Shown here: in pieces, positions 11,934 through 25,464 of the stretch | How the letters are laid out: each line of letters opens with the position of its first letter | Numbering within the stretch: the stretch's first letter is position 1 | DNA from: Octopus sinensis | Taxonomy: Eukaryota | Reading direction: 5' to 3' | Assembly (NCBI RefSeq): GCF_006345805.1 | Contig: NC_043006.1 | Span: 100,564,001-100,628,000 of the forward strand | Length of the DNA stretch: 64,000 bases | The notes under the pieces: generated by a model | What the model was told of the DNA's origin: nothing | Seen by the model: the letters and a program-made list of their open reading frames with translations, nothing else | Databases searched by the model: none | Made by a program: the position numbers and the translations under genes

Positions 11934-12609
11934 ATATCTATATATTAGATATATATGTATATACACATAAACAGTTATGGTATATTCTCTTAAGAACATA
12001 TTAGAGTACAGTATTAAGATTTTCCACTTTCAGATTTCAGAATATGCCATCCGGTTGTAGTATTATACGTACTTACAGATTTGCATTTGAAGTCAACAAG
12101 AGGGAGTACGCTGCAATTGTTTCTGCGCAACATAGTTCTCCAACAGTGCAGGTACTTGATTACGCAACCATTTCCCTGCATTATGAGATATAGTTTGTTT
12201 CTTCAAGCGATATGCAGATATTGTCTCCGTAGGTTTAAATCCTTGGCTTCAAGAATATCATCTCTGTCTGTCGTCGCCTGAAGTTAGTCGTAGCCATTGA
12301 GTTTATGAAGATGCGTTGTTGCTGAACTACCTCTTGCTAACTGCTTTGAATGTGTAGATGTAGTGGAATTGCGATTCTGCTACTGTTAAAGTGGTTGCCG
12401 TTTTAAAGGTATTGGTATTTGATTTCTTTGTACTGTTAAAATGTGTTTTACATGGCTGTTTACACGTAATTATCCTTAGCTAACCTTTAAGAATCGGCCT
12501 ATACTTACAGTTACATGGTCGTTCACATATACATACTAACACTCGGGCTCACACACACACACACACATACACACACACAAACATACACACACACATATAT
12601 ATATATACT

Positions 12610-12867
12610 AGCACTCCGTCGCTTACGATGAGGGTTCCAGTTGCTCGTGTGATTATCGTGCAAGTGGCTGAGCACTCCACAGACACGCGTACACTTTCAC
12701 ATAGTTCTCAGGGAGATTAAGCGAGACACAGAGTGTGTCAGGGCTGGCCCCTTGAAATACAGATACAACTCATTTTTTGCCAGCTGAGTGGACTGGAGCA
12801 ACGTGAAATGAAGTGTATTGCTCAAGGACACAACGCGCCGCCAGGAATCGAACTCGCGACCCTACGA
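12610..12867 (-). mobile_element. tRNA/CORE-type SINE (family D)
   Basis: Minus strand has B-box gagttcgattcc followed by CORE-like gtgtccttgagcaa..cactt...gctccagtccactcagctggc. Confidence 0.75.
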
Positions 12868-12981
12868 TAAAGACTTCGGAGAATAATTTCAAATCTTTTG
12901 AGCTCTACTCCGTGTGTTCGATATTGGGCATATCTAGATCTCACCTGTTAACTTTGTGTAAATATGTTTCTATGTATGTAT

Positions 12982-13082
12982 GTTGCTGTTCAGTTTTATT
13001 TCAAGATTTTTTGCCAACAGAATCAGAATCGGTTTCTAACCAAGATTCAAGGCTCCTTCATTGGAATTTAAAACAACAGGGT
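12982..13082 (-). mobile_element. Short microsatellite-associated repeat, homologous to 52238-52342
   Basis: Reverse complement matches ccaatgaaggag.cttgaatc...ttagaaac...tattggcaa.aaa.cttgaaataaa.ctgaa. Confidence 0.7.
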
Positions 13083-13089
13083 CTACGAA

Positions 13090-13570
13090 TGTATGTACGT
13101 ACGTACGTACGTATGTATGTATGTATGTATGTATGTATGTATGTATGTATGTATGTATGTATGTATGTATGTATGTATGTATGTATGTACGTACGTACGT
13201 ACGTATGTATGTATGTATGTACGTACGTATGTATGTATGTATGTATGTATGTATGTATGTATGTATGTATGTATGTATGTATGTATGTACGTATGTATGT
13301 ATGTATGTATGTATGTATGTATGTATGTATGTATGTATGTATGTATGTATGTATGTATGTATGTATGTATGTATGTATGCATGTACGTATGTATGTATGT
13401 ATGTATGTATGTATGTATGTATGTACGTACATATGTATGTATTTATGTATGTATGTACGTATGTATGTATGTATGTATGTACGTATGTATATATGTATGT
13501 GTATGTATGTATTTATGTATGTATGTATTCTGTATGTATGTGTGTATGCATGTATGTATGTATGTATGTA
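13090..13570. repeat. Long (TATG)n/(TACG)n microsatellite
   Basis: Direct inspection; the 124-272 aa YVCM/HTYI ORFs are artefacts of this tract. Confidence 0.97.
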
Positions 13571-13779
13571 TATGTTGGATGATTGTTCGTTATTAGCGAC
13601 GGAAGTAGTAATAGTAATCTATATATCCTAGTTAAATCTGATGTATTGTTGAAAGCCTGTTAAAATGCAGTATTTGTCTTGAGAAAGCATCTCTAATTGA
13701 CGTATAATGCTAAAAACACAGAAATATGTCAGCAACAGATGAAAATCATCGAGGAGTGGTTGTCACGTTGATAAATACT

Positions 13780-14709
13780 CAGAGTGAAGCCGCTTACCAC
13801 AGATTGACCTTGAACACTGCTGTGTATATGGTCTAAATTTTAACGTTCTTGCTCACTTCCGCTGCTTACAGCAATGCTTGGAAGGAATGTGTGTAGCGTG
13901 TGATCGACGCATTGACCACGACAGAGAAAGCTGAGCAAAGAATCTGCATGGAATTTTGCGAAAAGTTTGGTGACACCCGTTCTGGGGCCTATACAAACTT
14001 GTAGAAAGTGCATGGATAGGAGTGTATGGGCTGCACACAAATTTACGAATGGTTCAGAGGTTTCCAAGATGGCCGGGAAAATGCCGTTAGTGACGAAGGT
14101 TCTGGGTGACTCGTAACCAGCAGAACCGAGAAAAACGTCGCAAATGTGCATGCAGCTGTTAGGGGAAATCGTCTAATCCCCATCCGTGAGTTATCAGAGG
14201 ATGTGCAGATTAGTCACGGCTCAGTTCAGTCCATTATCACTGAAGATTTGGGTATGAGATGCGCGTCTGCCAAGTTTGTGCCCAAACTGCTTTCAGCTCA
14301 CTAAAAAAACACTCAGGTTTCCGTTGCACAAGATCTCTTTGACTGTGTCGAGAACGATGCAGACATTTTGAAAACAGTCATAACTAGTGATGAATCGTGT
14401 GTCTATAGCTATGACCTTGAAGCAAAGGCTCAGTCTTTGCAGTGAAGGACCCCCACCTATCTGAGACCAAATAAAGCACGAATAAATCGAAGCAATGTAA
14501 CAGCATTCCTCAGGTGCGACAGCCACCGTATTCCCCAGATCTCGCCCCTTGCGACTTTTTCCTCTTTCTAAAAAACAAATCTTGCTTGAAAGGAAGAATG
14601 TAGCGATGCAGCAGCTGATTATCCCAATAATTACCAATCGTGGCAAATTGGTACTCGTTGCAGTTTTGTTCTTATAGCACCAGTCCGGATATTTATTGAT
14701 CACACCTCG
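13780..14709 (+). mobile_element. Mariner (Tc1/mariner) element with degraded transposase, internal deletion and right TIR
   Basis: Stop-ridden translation gives EQRICMEFC, YEWF..F..GRE, AKFVPKLL, VITSDES.VYSYD, QPPYSPDLAPCDFFLF; ends ...ttgatcacacctcg followed by TA (14710-14711). Confidence 0.88.
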
Positions 14710-15282
14710 TACATTTATTTATTCGTTTCAGATATGCATTTGGGGGCGTAGATAGTTCAGTCTTACCAATCGATTGATTGATTGACTGGAAATATATTGA
14801 GAACGACCCTTGCAATGATATCTTCTGAACCGAAACAAATCACCTGCCACAAAGAAAAATGAAAGGAGAAGAAAAGAGAGGGAAAGAGGATGGAATTTGG
14901 TCACAGTGGTATGTTCAGAGAAGTAGGTCACCTGTTTCAATCTATCAACCTTAAGCTATTGTTCTCTTTTATCACAGGTGAATAGTATTGACATCCAGTA
15001 AATAAATGTGGCTTCCCACAACCTCTTCACGTTCGGTTGCAAGCTTATGGCGTTTACTGCTATGCTTTTAGAAACTACGTAAGGTCTGTGGCAAGCTTAG
15101 ACCTTTTTTCTACCATATTTCATTAAAGACACGACTGTGTTACAATTTTATCATCTTATTTTTAATTACAGAGTTTTCCTATGTTCATGTCCGTAACCTT
15201 TTGAAGAAATGTCTATAAAATTCGAACTGTTTACAAGAAGGCAGGCGCCAAATCATTTTCAATTTCTGATGTGTTTAATGGC

Positions 15283-15960
<678 letters not shown>

Positions 15961-16270
15961 TTAAATAAGAAATGTTGGCACGTCTCTAAATCCAGAGACC
16001 CAGGATATGAAAAGTATATAGTTTTATAAAAACAAGTGTTTTTTTTAATCTAAGAATATATGTTTTCTAAATAAAAAATCGAATATTATTTTTCTTTGTT
16101 TGTTTTCCAATATTATATGTTTATTTCAAGTAATATTTTTGAAGTGTTTATGCGTCTACGTTTAAATGGTAACCATGTCATACCAATCGCAATGACAAAT
16201 TTTACAACCAAATCTACAGATAAAATTTCGTGGTTTTTAACTAGATGAAAGTCTTTTAAAAACTTCTATA

Positions 16271-16693
16271 GGCGCAGGAGTGGCTGTGTGGTAAGTAGCT
16301 TGCTAACCAACCACATGGTTCCAGGTTCAGTCCCACTGCGTGGCATCTTGGGCAAGTGTCTTCTGCTATAGCCCCGGGCCGACCAATGCCTTGTGAGTGG
16401 ATTTGGTAGACGGAAACTGAAAGAAGCCTATCGTATATATGTATATATATATATAAGTGTGTGTGTGTATGTTTGTGTGTCTGTGTTTATCTCCCTAGCA
16501 TTGCTTGACAACCGATGCTGTTGTGTTTACGTCCCCGTCACTTAGCGGTTCGGCAAAAGAGACCGATAGAATAAGTACTGGGCTTACAAAGAATAAGTCC
16601 CGGGGTCGATTTGCTCGACTAAAGGCGGTGCTCCAGCATGGCCGCAGTCAAATGACTGAAACAAGTAAAAGAGTAAAAAGAGAGTAAAGAGAG
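16271..16693 (+). mobile_element. tRNA-type SINE family A, full length
   Basis: A-box tggctgtgtgg, B-box ggttcagtccc, CORE-like cttgggcaagtgtctt, internal (TA)/(TG) microsatellite, (gagtaaaa)-type tail; near-identical copies elsewhere in the window. Confidence 0.92.
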
Positions 16694-16694
16694 T

Positions 16695-17300
16695 CTCATT
16701 CCTTTACGACGCACTTGGTCCAGCGGTCCACAATCTTGCGTAGTTTTTCGGTTGGTCGTGCAACGACTTATGCATCGCTTCCTTCATATCTTCACCACTA
16801 GAAGATCGACGATCTGGTAAACCATCTCTGAGCAGTCCAAGGATACGATAGAAGGAAGATGCGAAATCTGGGCTCTAGGCAGGATGTTCCATCACCTCGT
16901 AACCCAATTGGTCAATCGTTTAAACGGTCTGGGCGGCCGTGTTTGGGCGTGCATTATCATGCAGTAGCAAAATTCTCTTCGACAATAGGTTTCGGCGTTT
17001 GGTGCTAATTGCTTGCTTCAGTTTGTTGGCCAGCAAAGCATTGTATTTTGCACTGTTGATCGTAGATCCCTTTTTCCAGAGGAATTGGATCATTGCTCAT
17101 TGTTCATCTTTGCTGCAATTTGCTAGTGGAGCGACCATGCTTAGACTGTGAAACAAAAAAGAAGAATGATGCAATCAGCTTCTAACTTCGATCACATGAC
17201 CACAAAGATATTAACTATAAGCGCGCATGCTCAAAAGAAGTGTAACAATAATAAAAATATGTTAAGACGAAAGTATGGATAATTTTTGACTTCCCTTGTA
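16695..17300 (-). mobile_element. Mariner remnant (catalytic C-terminal part plus 5' TIR, internally deleted)
   Basis: Minus translation KGSTINSAKY...KRRNLLSKRILLLHDNARPNTA...LGYEVMEHPA*SPD; terminal tacaagggaagtcaaaaattatcc at 17300-17277. Confidence 0.85.
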
Positions 17301-17834
17301 CGTATATACATACATACATACATACATACATACATACATACATACATACATACATGCATATGTGTCTGTGAGTATATTTACATAACGCATACGGCACGAT
17401 AGGAAAATCGTTCTCACGCAGTGGAATCGAAACTAGAACCGTACATTAGCGAAGTGAACTTCTTAAACATGCAGCCATACTTTCACTCATTAAAACAAAA
17501 TCATTCAATTTTTGTTTATGACTAGATTTCTACTGTCACACTTCCTAGACATACAAAGAAGTGAAAAAAATCATATGAAGTTTGCAATATTTCAACTTCA
17601 GTGAAAATATCTTGTTAGAGATTTTTTGAGCTAATCTAGTAATTATATTGGAGACGCTATATAATCGCTACAATTTAAGGAAACGTGTTTCAGTTTGGCA
17701 ATGGTTAAAGAAAGGTTGAATTATTAATGATAAAATGTGATGCAGGTTTCAATAATTCTAAGAAATATGACTTTCTGCATCGTTTTATTTTTATATCTAA
17801 TCGGCGGATTTTATATTTGTTTTAAGGAAAAAGT

Positions 17835-18430
<596 letters not shown>

Positions 18431-18592
18431 TATACGCATGTGTATAATGTTATGTATATATAATGTTATTCATAAATTTTCCTATTGAATATATAATGTA
18501 TATAAAATATATATATTTATAATTATCCAAGCATTTGTGATGTAATATTAGATATGTATATACATACATATATATATATACATATATATATA

Positions 18593-18696
18593 TAATATTA
18601 TTAGTGAATTGAAGAAATGGAGTTGAACGAAATGGAGTTCAACTCCATTTCTTCCATTCACTAATAATATTAAAATTCAATTCACTAATAATATTA
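18593..18696. repeat. 36-bp-stem hairpin (18593-18628 / 18637-18672) plus an extra partial arm copy
   Basis: taatattattagtgaattgaagaaatggagttgaac-gaaatgga-gttcaactccatttcttccattcactaataatatta, 1 mismatch; 18676-18696 repeats the distal arm. Confidence 0.9.
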
Positions 18697-19435
18697 CAAT
18701 TCAATTATCCGCACCAACGCACGGTTGCAACACCATATGGTTATACCTCCAACCGTGCTGTTTTCTGCTGTGATTTTTGCTACCAAGGTATCGGTTAAAC
18801 TTTTGATTAATCTGCAACAAGATTATTCATCTTTCTATTTCACATATATATATATATATATATAATATATATATATATATATAGATATATATATATTATA
18901 TATATATATATGTATATATATATGCATGTATGTGTGTGTGTATATAAAATATATATATATATATATAATATATATATATAAAATATTACTATTAGGACCC
19001 GTGTAAATTGCATGGGATGGAAAAGAATTAAGACGACCCACATAAGACAGAAACGATGATTTGCATTTTTATAACATTCATAGTTTAGCTATCTTCAAAT
19101 ATTCTTGACTTTCATCTACATTCATTTCCTCACGTATCTGTCGGTATTGTCTTTTTCCCCTTTTTGTTATATCTTCGTAGTGTTCCTCTGTGATCCGTGT
19201 TCTGTTTCACCGGATCCTTTCTTGGGCAGCTTGCAGTCGTGTTTCTTGTGAATCCAGAATTTAGACTAAATTAACCCTTTTAAACAAATATCAATTTTTT
19301 AAGTAAGCACTTATGCCTATAAGAAACTTTTCAATATCAACACACAACCACCACCGCTACCTGGGTCTCTCTCCCTCTCTCGCTCTTTCTCGCACTCTCT
19401 CCCTCTCTCTCTTTTTCTGTATATATATATATATA

Positions 19436-19527
<92 letters not shown>

Positions 19528-19657
19528 CATATATAAAGTAAAGGTAGTAAGCCGTATTAAGGGATCATAAATCCAATGAAAATACTGGTTAGTTACAATC
19601 TATAGAAAGATCAACCATATAAACCGTGGTTAATATATATACTATATATATATATAT

Positions 19658-19763
<106 letters not shown>

Positions 19764-20055
19764 ATATGTATATTTATAAAGAATATGGAGAGATAATTAA
19801 TGAAATTATTAATTATAAAATATGCCAACAACTCTGACAGCACTTTCGATTCAGAAATCTTTACATAATTAATTTATAAAATTAAAATCATTTCTTCAGA
19901 GGTACTTCAGAGGAATTTCTTCAGGGCTATTAAGGATACACCGATTAGAAGTGCATGTTGAGATAACGGCTATGAAACCGTTAACGCATAGCAAATATAC
20001 AAAAAGAGCCGGTTGCAGAAGGAACCAATGTAATCTAAGGGAAGAATGTAGTATA

Positions 20056-20567
20056 TCTATATATATAAAACTGTAGTTGTGTGAGTGTCTGTCTCCTACG
20101 ATTTAGATTCCTAACTCCTCCCACATTTTGCGGTGCAGTTTAACCAAATTCGGGTATCTTATAGTCGTGATTAATATCGAGCCCGTCTGGCTATTAGCGC
20201 GCGTCTACGATGAGTCTACGATTTTAAAAATAATTTAACATCATTTTTTATTCCATTTTAATGCATAATTTTTCGTGTGCCGATGGCGGCGGAGTTGGCG
20301 TCCATGGTCACACCTGCGCCTGTTTGCTTCTCCTTCTTCTCCCCTCCCTCGTGAAGCTGTGGGGAAGGGAGTTTAAGGAAATCAACGTCGTAATGCGTTG
20401 TCAAGGAGACCAGCGTTCTTTTAGAACAACGACTTCATGGCTTGAAGACACCAATACAGGAATGGCTAAGAAAGCCCGAATCGGCATCTATAAGGGAAGT
20501 AACTCTCTAAAATGCTTATATAGTTATTTCCCTTACAAACTCGAGCAACGCCGGGCGATACTGCTAG
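20056..20567 (+). mobile_element. Non-autonomous Helitron
   Basis: A|TC 5' end (20056), subterminal GC-rich hairpin (ctcgagcaacgccggg), CTAG|T 3' end (20564-20567), no TSD; homologous to 35879-36513. Confidence 0.85.
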
Positions 20568-21019
20568 TATTATTATATATCTTAAAGAAAAAAAGAAGAG
20601 ATTAATATAGTCATAGGGTATTGAGAAAGAGAAAAGAAAGAGAAAAAGAGAAGAAAATATGGAAGCAGAAAAGCACATGTATTTGTGAATAGAAAATACA
20701 AGATATAAAATAATAATTCCACTATCCAATATCGAGGAACAGGTAGTGTATATTTTGTGTCTTAAATAAAAGAAAAACAGATTAATATAATATTAAATGG
20801 TATTGCGAAGAAGGAAAAGGAAAAGGAAGCAGGAAAATAAATAATATTTTATCAATTACCCCTCCATTTTCTCATTCTTTAAATATATAAATATATGAAC
20901 CACAGTTCATACACTTACCATATATTTGAACCTTCTATGAATTGGTAACTAACTAGTATTTTCATTGGATTTTATTATCCCTTATTGTAATTTATTACCT
21001 TTATTTGAATATATATATA

Positions 21020-22615
21020 TACACATATATTGATAAAACGGTAAGATAACAAAAGAAAGAAAGAGACCTCAATATTATGTAAATAGAGGAAATTTATCTA
21101 TACAATATGTTACATTACTCGGTAGTCAAGATAGAACTCTGAGTTTCAGATGCCGAAGTGGAAATCCACAACACCATCTCTTCGGTTATCTGGCTATTTG
21201 AAAACGTTATGAAAAAATACCGTTAAATAAAGGGAAATTACTCTGTTATAACTCTGCTTGCCTACGTACTTATACATCGCTCGCATTTTTCGTCATAAAA
21301 ATTATGTAAAAATTATATAAAAATACATAAAAAATATATTAAAAAATATATAAAAATATATAAATTCTTCTTGGGACATAACATAGAAAGCATGTTCTAT
21401 CTGTTTTCTTTAGGGGACCAAAAACGTAACAGAAATTTAGTCACATGTGGGCATGATCCGAAAAGCTCTGTCCTTGTATTTAGACATGTAGTAAGGTCTA
21501 AGCTGCTTTTCCAGATAAGCCATCTCTCCATGTCGCATAGACCGCACCTTCCGCTGCCGTTAGTATAGGGCTTACATCTGGCCAAAATCTTCCATTGTAT
21601 GTTATAATCGACACCTTTATCTCTTAAAGACCAAATATGATTAGATAATTGTGTCGCTTTTCTTTTGTTCCAGTGCCTAAAGCTCAAAGTGTGATTATTG
21701 AACCTGGCCTTGAAATTACCCTCTGTAAGGCCCACGTATTTCTTCGTCGAAACGGTGTCTTTAGTGGTTATAGAGTTTACGGTAGCTTCATATATGATGG
21801 TCTTGGACATGCAAGCTCCATTTAGCGGGCACAATTCTTTATTCCTGCATGAACAGCTGTTTTCTTCTTGTGTCTTTTGTATGTTATGTTTGATTATGTT
21901 TTTAAAATTGGTAGTTGAACTAAAACTAATTTTTAAATTGTGTCTATTGAAGAGTTTCCTATAAGTATGGTTAACTGGAAAATGTCTATCTATCAGTGCT
22001 AGGAAATATTTACCTATATTGAAGGCCACCTCGGGTGAGTAAGGGGGCGTAAACCAGATGACTTTCCTATTTCTATTATTCCTTTTCCTTACTGTTGGGC
22101 TAGTGATAGGTGTATATTTTATTTTATCGCTAAAACCACTATTTTTTAAAGCCTTATTATAAACTGGGGCAACGCTATTGAAGATGTCCTCATCAGATGA
22201 GAGGCTAGAAATCCTCTTACTAATATTTTTAACTAAATTTTTGAATACTATAGGGGGATGGCATGAACCTACATTAATATAACTTAGTCTATCATTGGGC
22301 TTCCTATAAGGCTTATAATATTCTTATTAAGATCTAAGGAAACGTCTAAGAAATTGACAACCGTCAGGTTAGTATCTATAGTTATACTAAGTCCGAAGTG
22401 TTTCATTAACTGGATAATATCCTTCCTAAAACGATCTTGTGCTGGTCCATTTGTATTAGCTGTTAAGGCGAGGGCATCATCTTTGTAGATGGCGAAATGT
22501 ACGTTAGGGAATGTCTTACCTAAGGTATCTAGGAGAAAAAGTCCAATTAGATCACAGATGCCTGCCCCATCATATGAACCCATGCTCACATCGAAAGCGC
22601 CCTCTGTGTTCACTT
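21020..22615 (-). mobile_element. 5'-truncated Penelope-like retroelement: RT (partial), thumb, Cys-rich linker, GIY-YIG endonuclease, probable 3' UTR
   Basis: FDVSMGSYDGAGICDLIG, YKDD (22487-22476), VNFLDV, YINVGSCHPP, RKVIWFTPPYS, CSCRNKELCPLNGAC, IIYEA...YVGLTEGNFKARFNNH, CGLC..E, LNTRTEL..SCPH; frameshifts near 22315 and 22165. Confidence 0.9.
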
Positions 22616-22730
22616 TGCCATTCATCCTCTCGGGGTCGATGAATTAAGTACCAGTGAAACACTGGGGTTGATGTAATCGACTTAATCCCCTCATCCAAGC
22701 TACCCTTGTGACAAAAATTTGATATCAATA
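22612..22730 (+). mobile_element. 3' half of a SINE-B copy
   Basis: actttgccattcatcctctcggggtcgatgaattaagtaccagt...ctggggttgatgtaatcgacttaatcccc. Confidence 0.8.
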
Positions 22731-23219
22731 TGTGTGTGTATGTGTGTGTGTGTATGTGTGTGTGTACGTGTGTGTATTGTAACAGAAAGGGTTGAATTTC
22801 GATTATCCCCAGGTGGTGAGTTGTAACGTAAGAAACTAAAGAAGGAAAATGTATTCACTTTATATAGTTTTAACATAATTTTTAATATATCTTATATTGT
22901 GTACGTCGACCGGTTTCGCTTTCGCTATCATGACATTAAAATTTATTTAAATGCGTATTTTCTGAAGAAATATTTTTTGTCCATGTTGTGTGTGCAATTT
23001 ATGAATGAATGATTCAACAAGTAGAAAATCTAAGTGGATGTAATTGGTTATTGTTATTATTGTCGACATGGGAGATAATTATTCCTTTTTCGGTAGGTGG
23101 AGGAATATAAATAAAAACATATATATATACAAAAAATTTTAAATCTAGAGTACTGAAAAGAAATATGTACATAACAAACAATTAATATGTTTTGTTCGAT
23201 AAAATAAATCGAAGCTAAA

Positions 23220-24950
23220 GTTTCTCCTTTTTACAAACATCTTAGAGATCTTGAAAGCATATTTAGTCGGTTCTGCACTCTAATTTGTGCTGGGACTTTC
23301 CACTTTTGACGGTTCTCGATTCCAAACGTCTTTTACAGAGTTCAGGGCTTTTTTATGAACTTGCAGGCTACGATATACTGACATTTGGTCAGTAAACCAA
23401 AATTCTTCCCAGCTGTAAGAGATGAATCGACAGACATTGAGAAGCAAAACTCTTTTCTCTGGTAGAATAATAAATACCAAAAGAGCTAGTGTTGCCCGAG
23501 AATTCCATCAAGCATTACTTAAGTTGGTTATTTTTGAAACTTTACAGTATGATATTTTCTGGTTTCGTCAAAGAAACGAAAAACTCTGGTCAAATGAAAT
23601 AGAAGTTTCCTGTCATCTCGTCATCCTGTTGATTCCGTAATGTTTTCGTCACCATTATTGAAATGAGCCTGGAGCTTCTCGTAATTATTTAGATGCTCTG
23701 GGATGAATGCATATTCAATATTGGGAGATGACTTTTTCTACAAGTTCGTTATCCATTACAACACGAAGAACTCTACCAAGGATATGCTGTTGACAACCAA
23801 TAAATTGCTCTTCTTTCAACCCCTTTTGAGAAAACAGTATTTCGAACTAAATGACAATGCCATTTCGTTTCACACAGTTCACGCTCGTTGTATCGGCGAC
23901 AATCACCTTTACACAGTTCCATAAATTCTATTCATCTAAAACAGCTGTTACTCCTTTCACAACAGTATCGGTTTTTCCCTTTGGTAACTGGATTGCTTTT
24001 AACTTAACTTCTCTTTGTTCATTCTTTAAATCTAGCATTTGGTCATGAATACGTTTACCATCGAAATGTGACCAAGTTAATGACCAAGAACTCTTGGTCA
24101 GTAATACGTTTACTATCAAAATATAATTACCAGTTTTCTAAATGTAGTGTTTTCTTCACTATCTCTTTTAGTTTAACAGCTTCTTTAATAGTCGATCAGT
24201 AAATACCAGATTGGGAAGGAGTCTTGACATTGATTCCATCTTGAGATAATTGTCGACAAACTGATGCTGCTTCTTGGGTTGATAGCTTGGAAGATATTAC
24301 TAACTTGGTTGCAGTTCCAGTTTTGGTATAGTTCCTCCTTATTTGTGTGGATTCTTCATCTGATTTTTTTTCACTCTTGATATTCATTTTCAGTGACGAT
24401 GAACCTGGAGCTGCTCTGGTTGAAGTTGGCGTTAAGGACACTTTTCCTCTTTTGGGTGGGTGGATAGTTTTGGAACTGGCTGCCTTTCCAGTTGCATACC
24501 CTACCTGTGCCTTGCTTTCAATTTTAAGATAATATGACCTTCTATCCTCACTGTACAGCCATTCACTGTTTTCGTTTGTGATGTCAAACATTCCTTTCAA
24601 TGAATCGTATTTTCCTCGTTTTTCACATTTATCGTAAGTATTCAGCACTTTTTCTATTTTTGCTTGTACATTTTGAATTGATAAATATGGGACATTTGAT
24701 TTCGTTTGCCATAAAAAAGTTACTTCTTTCTAAATTTCCTTTGTTCTTTCTGCCCTTCCTTTGATGATACCTCCAAGGTACAGGTAGCGACCGACAATTT
24801 GAAGTTTCCTTGGTATCCTGCAGTTGTTTTCCAAAGAATGCTCTTCTAGAGGAACAGGTCTTCTTTTCTTATGTGAGTCTTAAACTTGCATGAGAGTCTT
24901 CGTCCAGATTTTTGTTTTGTTTTTTTGAGTGACACAAGCACTTCTCTTAT
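23220..24950 (-). pseudogene. Decayed hAT-superfamily-like DDE transposase
   Basis: Minus translation with stops and frameshifts: MFDIT...WL.SED, SHFDGK (first D), IVADTTSVN...RNG (second D), FIGCQQH (CxxH), G*RDD, SNA*WNSRA, PSTN*SAE (E). Termini not resolved. Confidence 0.75.
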
Positions 24951-25406
24951 GATACATTATTTTAGATACTCTAGATAAGCCTACTATTCTGAATAAACAG
25001 TTAATATAGTCAGAGTTTGTAGCGTCACAGAAATAAAAAGGAGCGGAAGAGGATATTTCATAAAGTAGGGCCTAAGTGGTAACAAATTAAAAACTCCTAA
25101 AATACTTACGCTGAAATTTGAGATATACTTCGGATCTTTTCTATTCTGAAGCCAGGACCACAGATCTTTCTACTTAACTAAATAATCTGAAACTTCGTAT
25201 GCTGATAGAGTCTAGCAAAACAAGACACAGGTTGGAACTAGTTTATTTGAGAAAAATCTATTTTATGACATTAATCGTAGATTAAAACTGCGAATTTTAA
25301 CCAATCAGATTGTTTGTTTTCATGTGTAAAACTTGACTGCATTCTATTAGTGTGACGTAGAAAGCGCTTTTGTGACGTACTAACGTTCGGAAAACTGTAA
25401 ACAAAC

Positions 25407-25464
25407 ACGGCAGACGAAATACGGCTACGCATTTCGCCCGGCGTGCTAACGTTTCTGCCAGCTC
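25407..25464 (-). mobile_element. SINE-B head fragment
   Basis: cggcagacgaaatacggc.acgcatttcgcccggcgtgctaacgtttctgccagctc is nearly identical to 63721-63777. Confidence 0.8.

Noticed and set aside
12070-12210. Possible minus-strand exon ending at a gtaagt donor
   Set aside because: No convincing acceptor and no recognisable product in the open frames.
12813-13631. Long ORFs (up to 272 aa) of YVCM/HTYI repeats, and similar ORFs at 1358-1765, 10850-11180, 17737-18081, 36954-37348, 51094-51542, 55337-55799 and 57710-58083
   Set aside because: They are translations of (TA)n, (TATG)n and (TG)n microsatellites, which lack stop codons in some frames.
16271-16350. tRNA genes at SINE heads (also 32234, 33838, 63785)
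   Set aside because: They have A/B boxes but no complete cloverleaf or acceptor stem, and they continue into SINE bodies.
19078-19250. Minus-strand stretch ...EEHYEDITKRGKRQYRQI... with ITAM-like YxxI-x7-YxxI spacing
   Set aside because: Only 43 open codons after an in-frame TGA, with no credible splice acceptor; compatible with chance.
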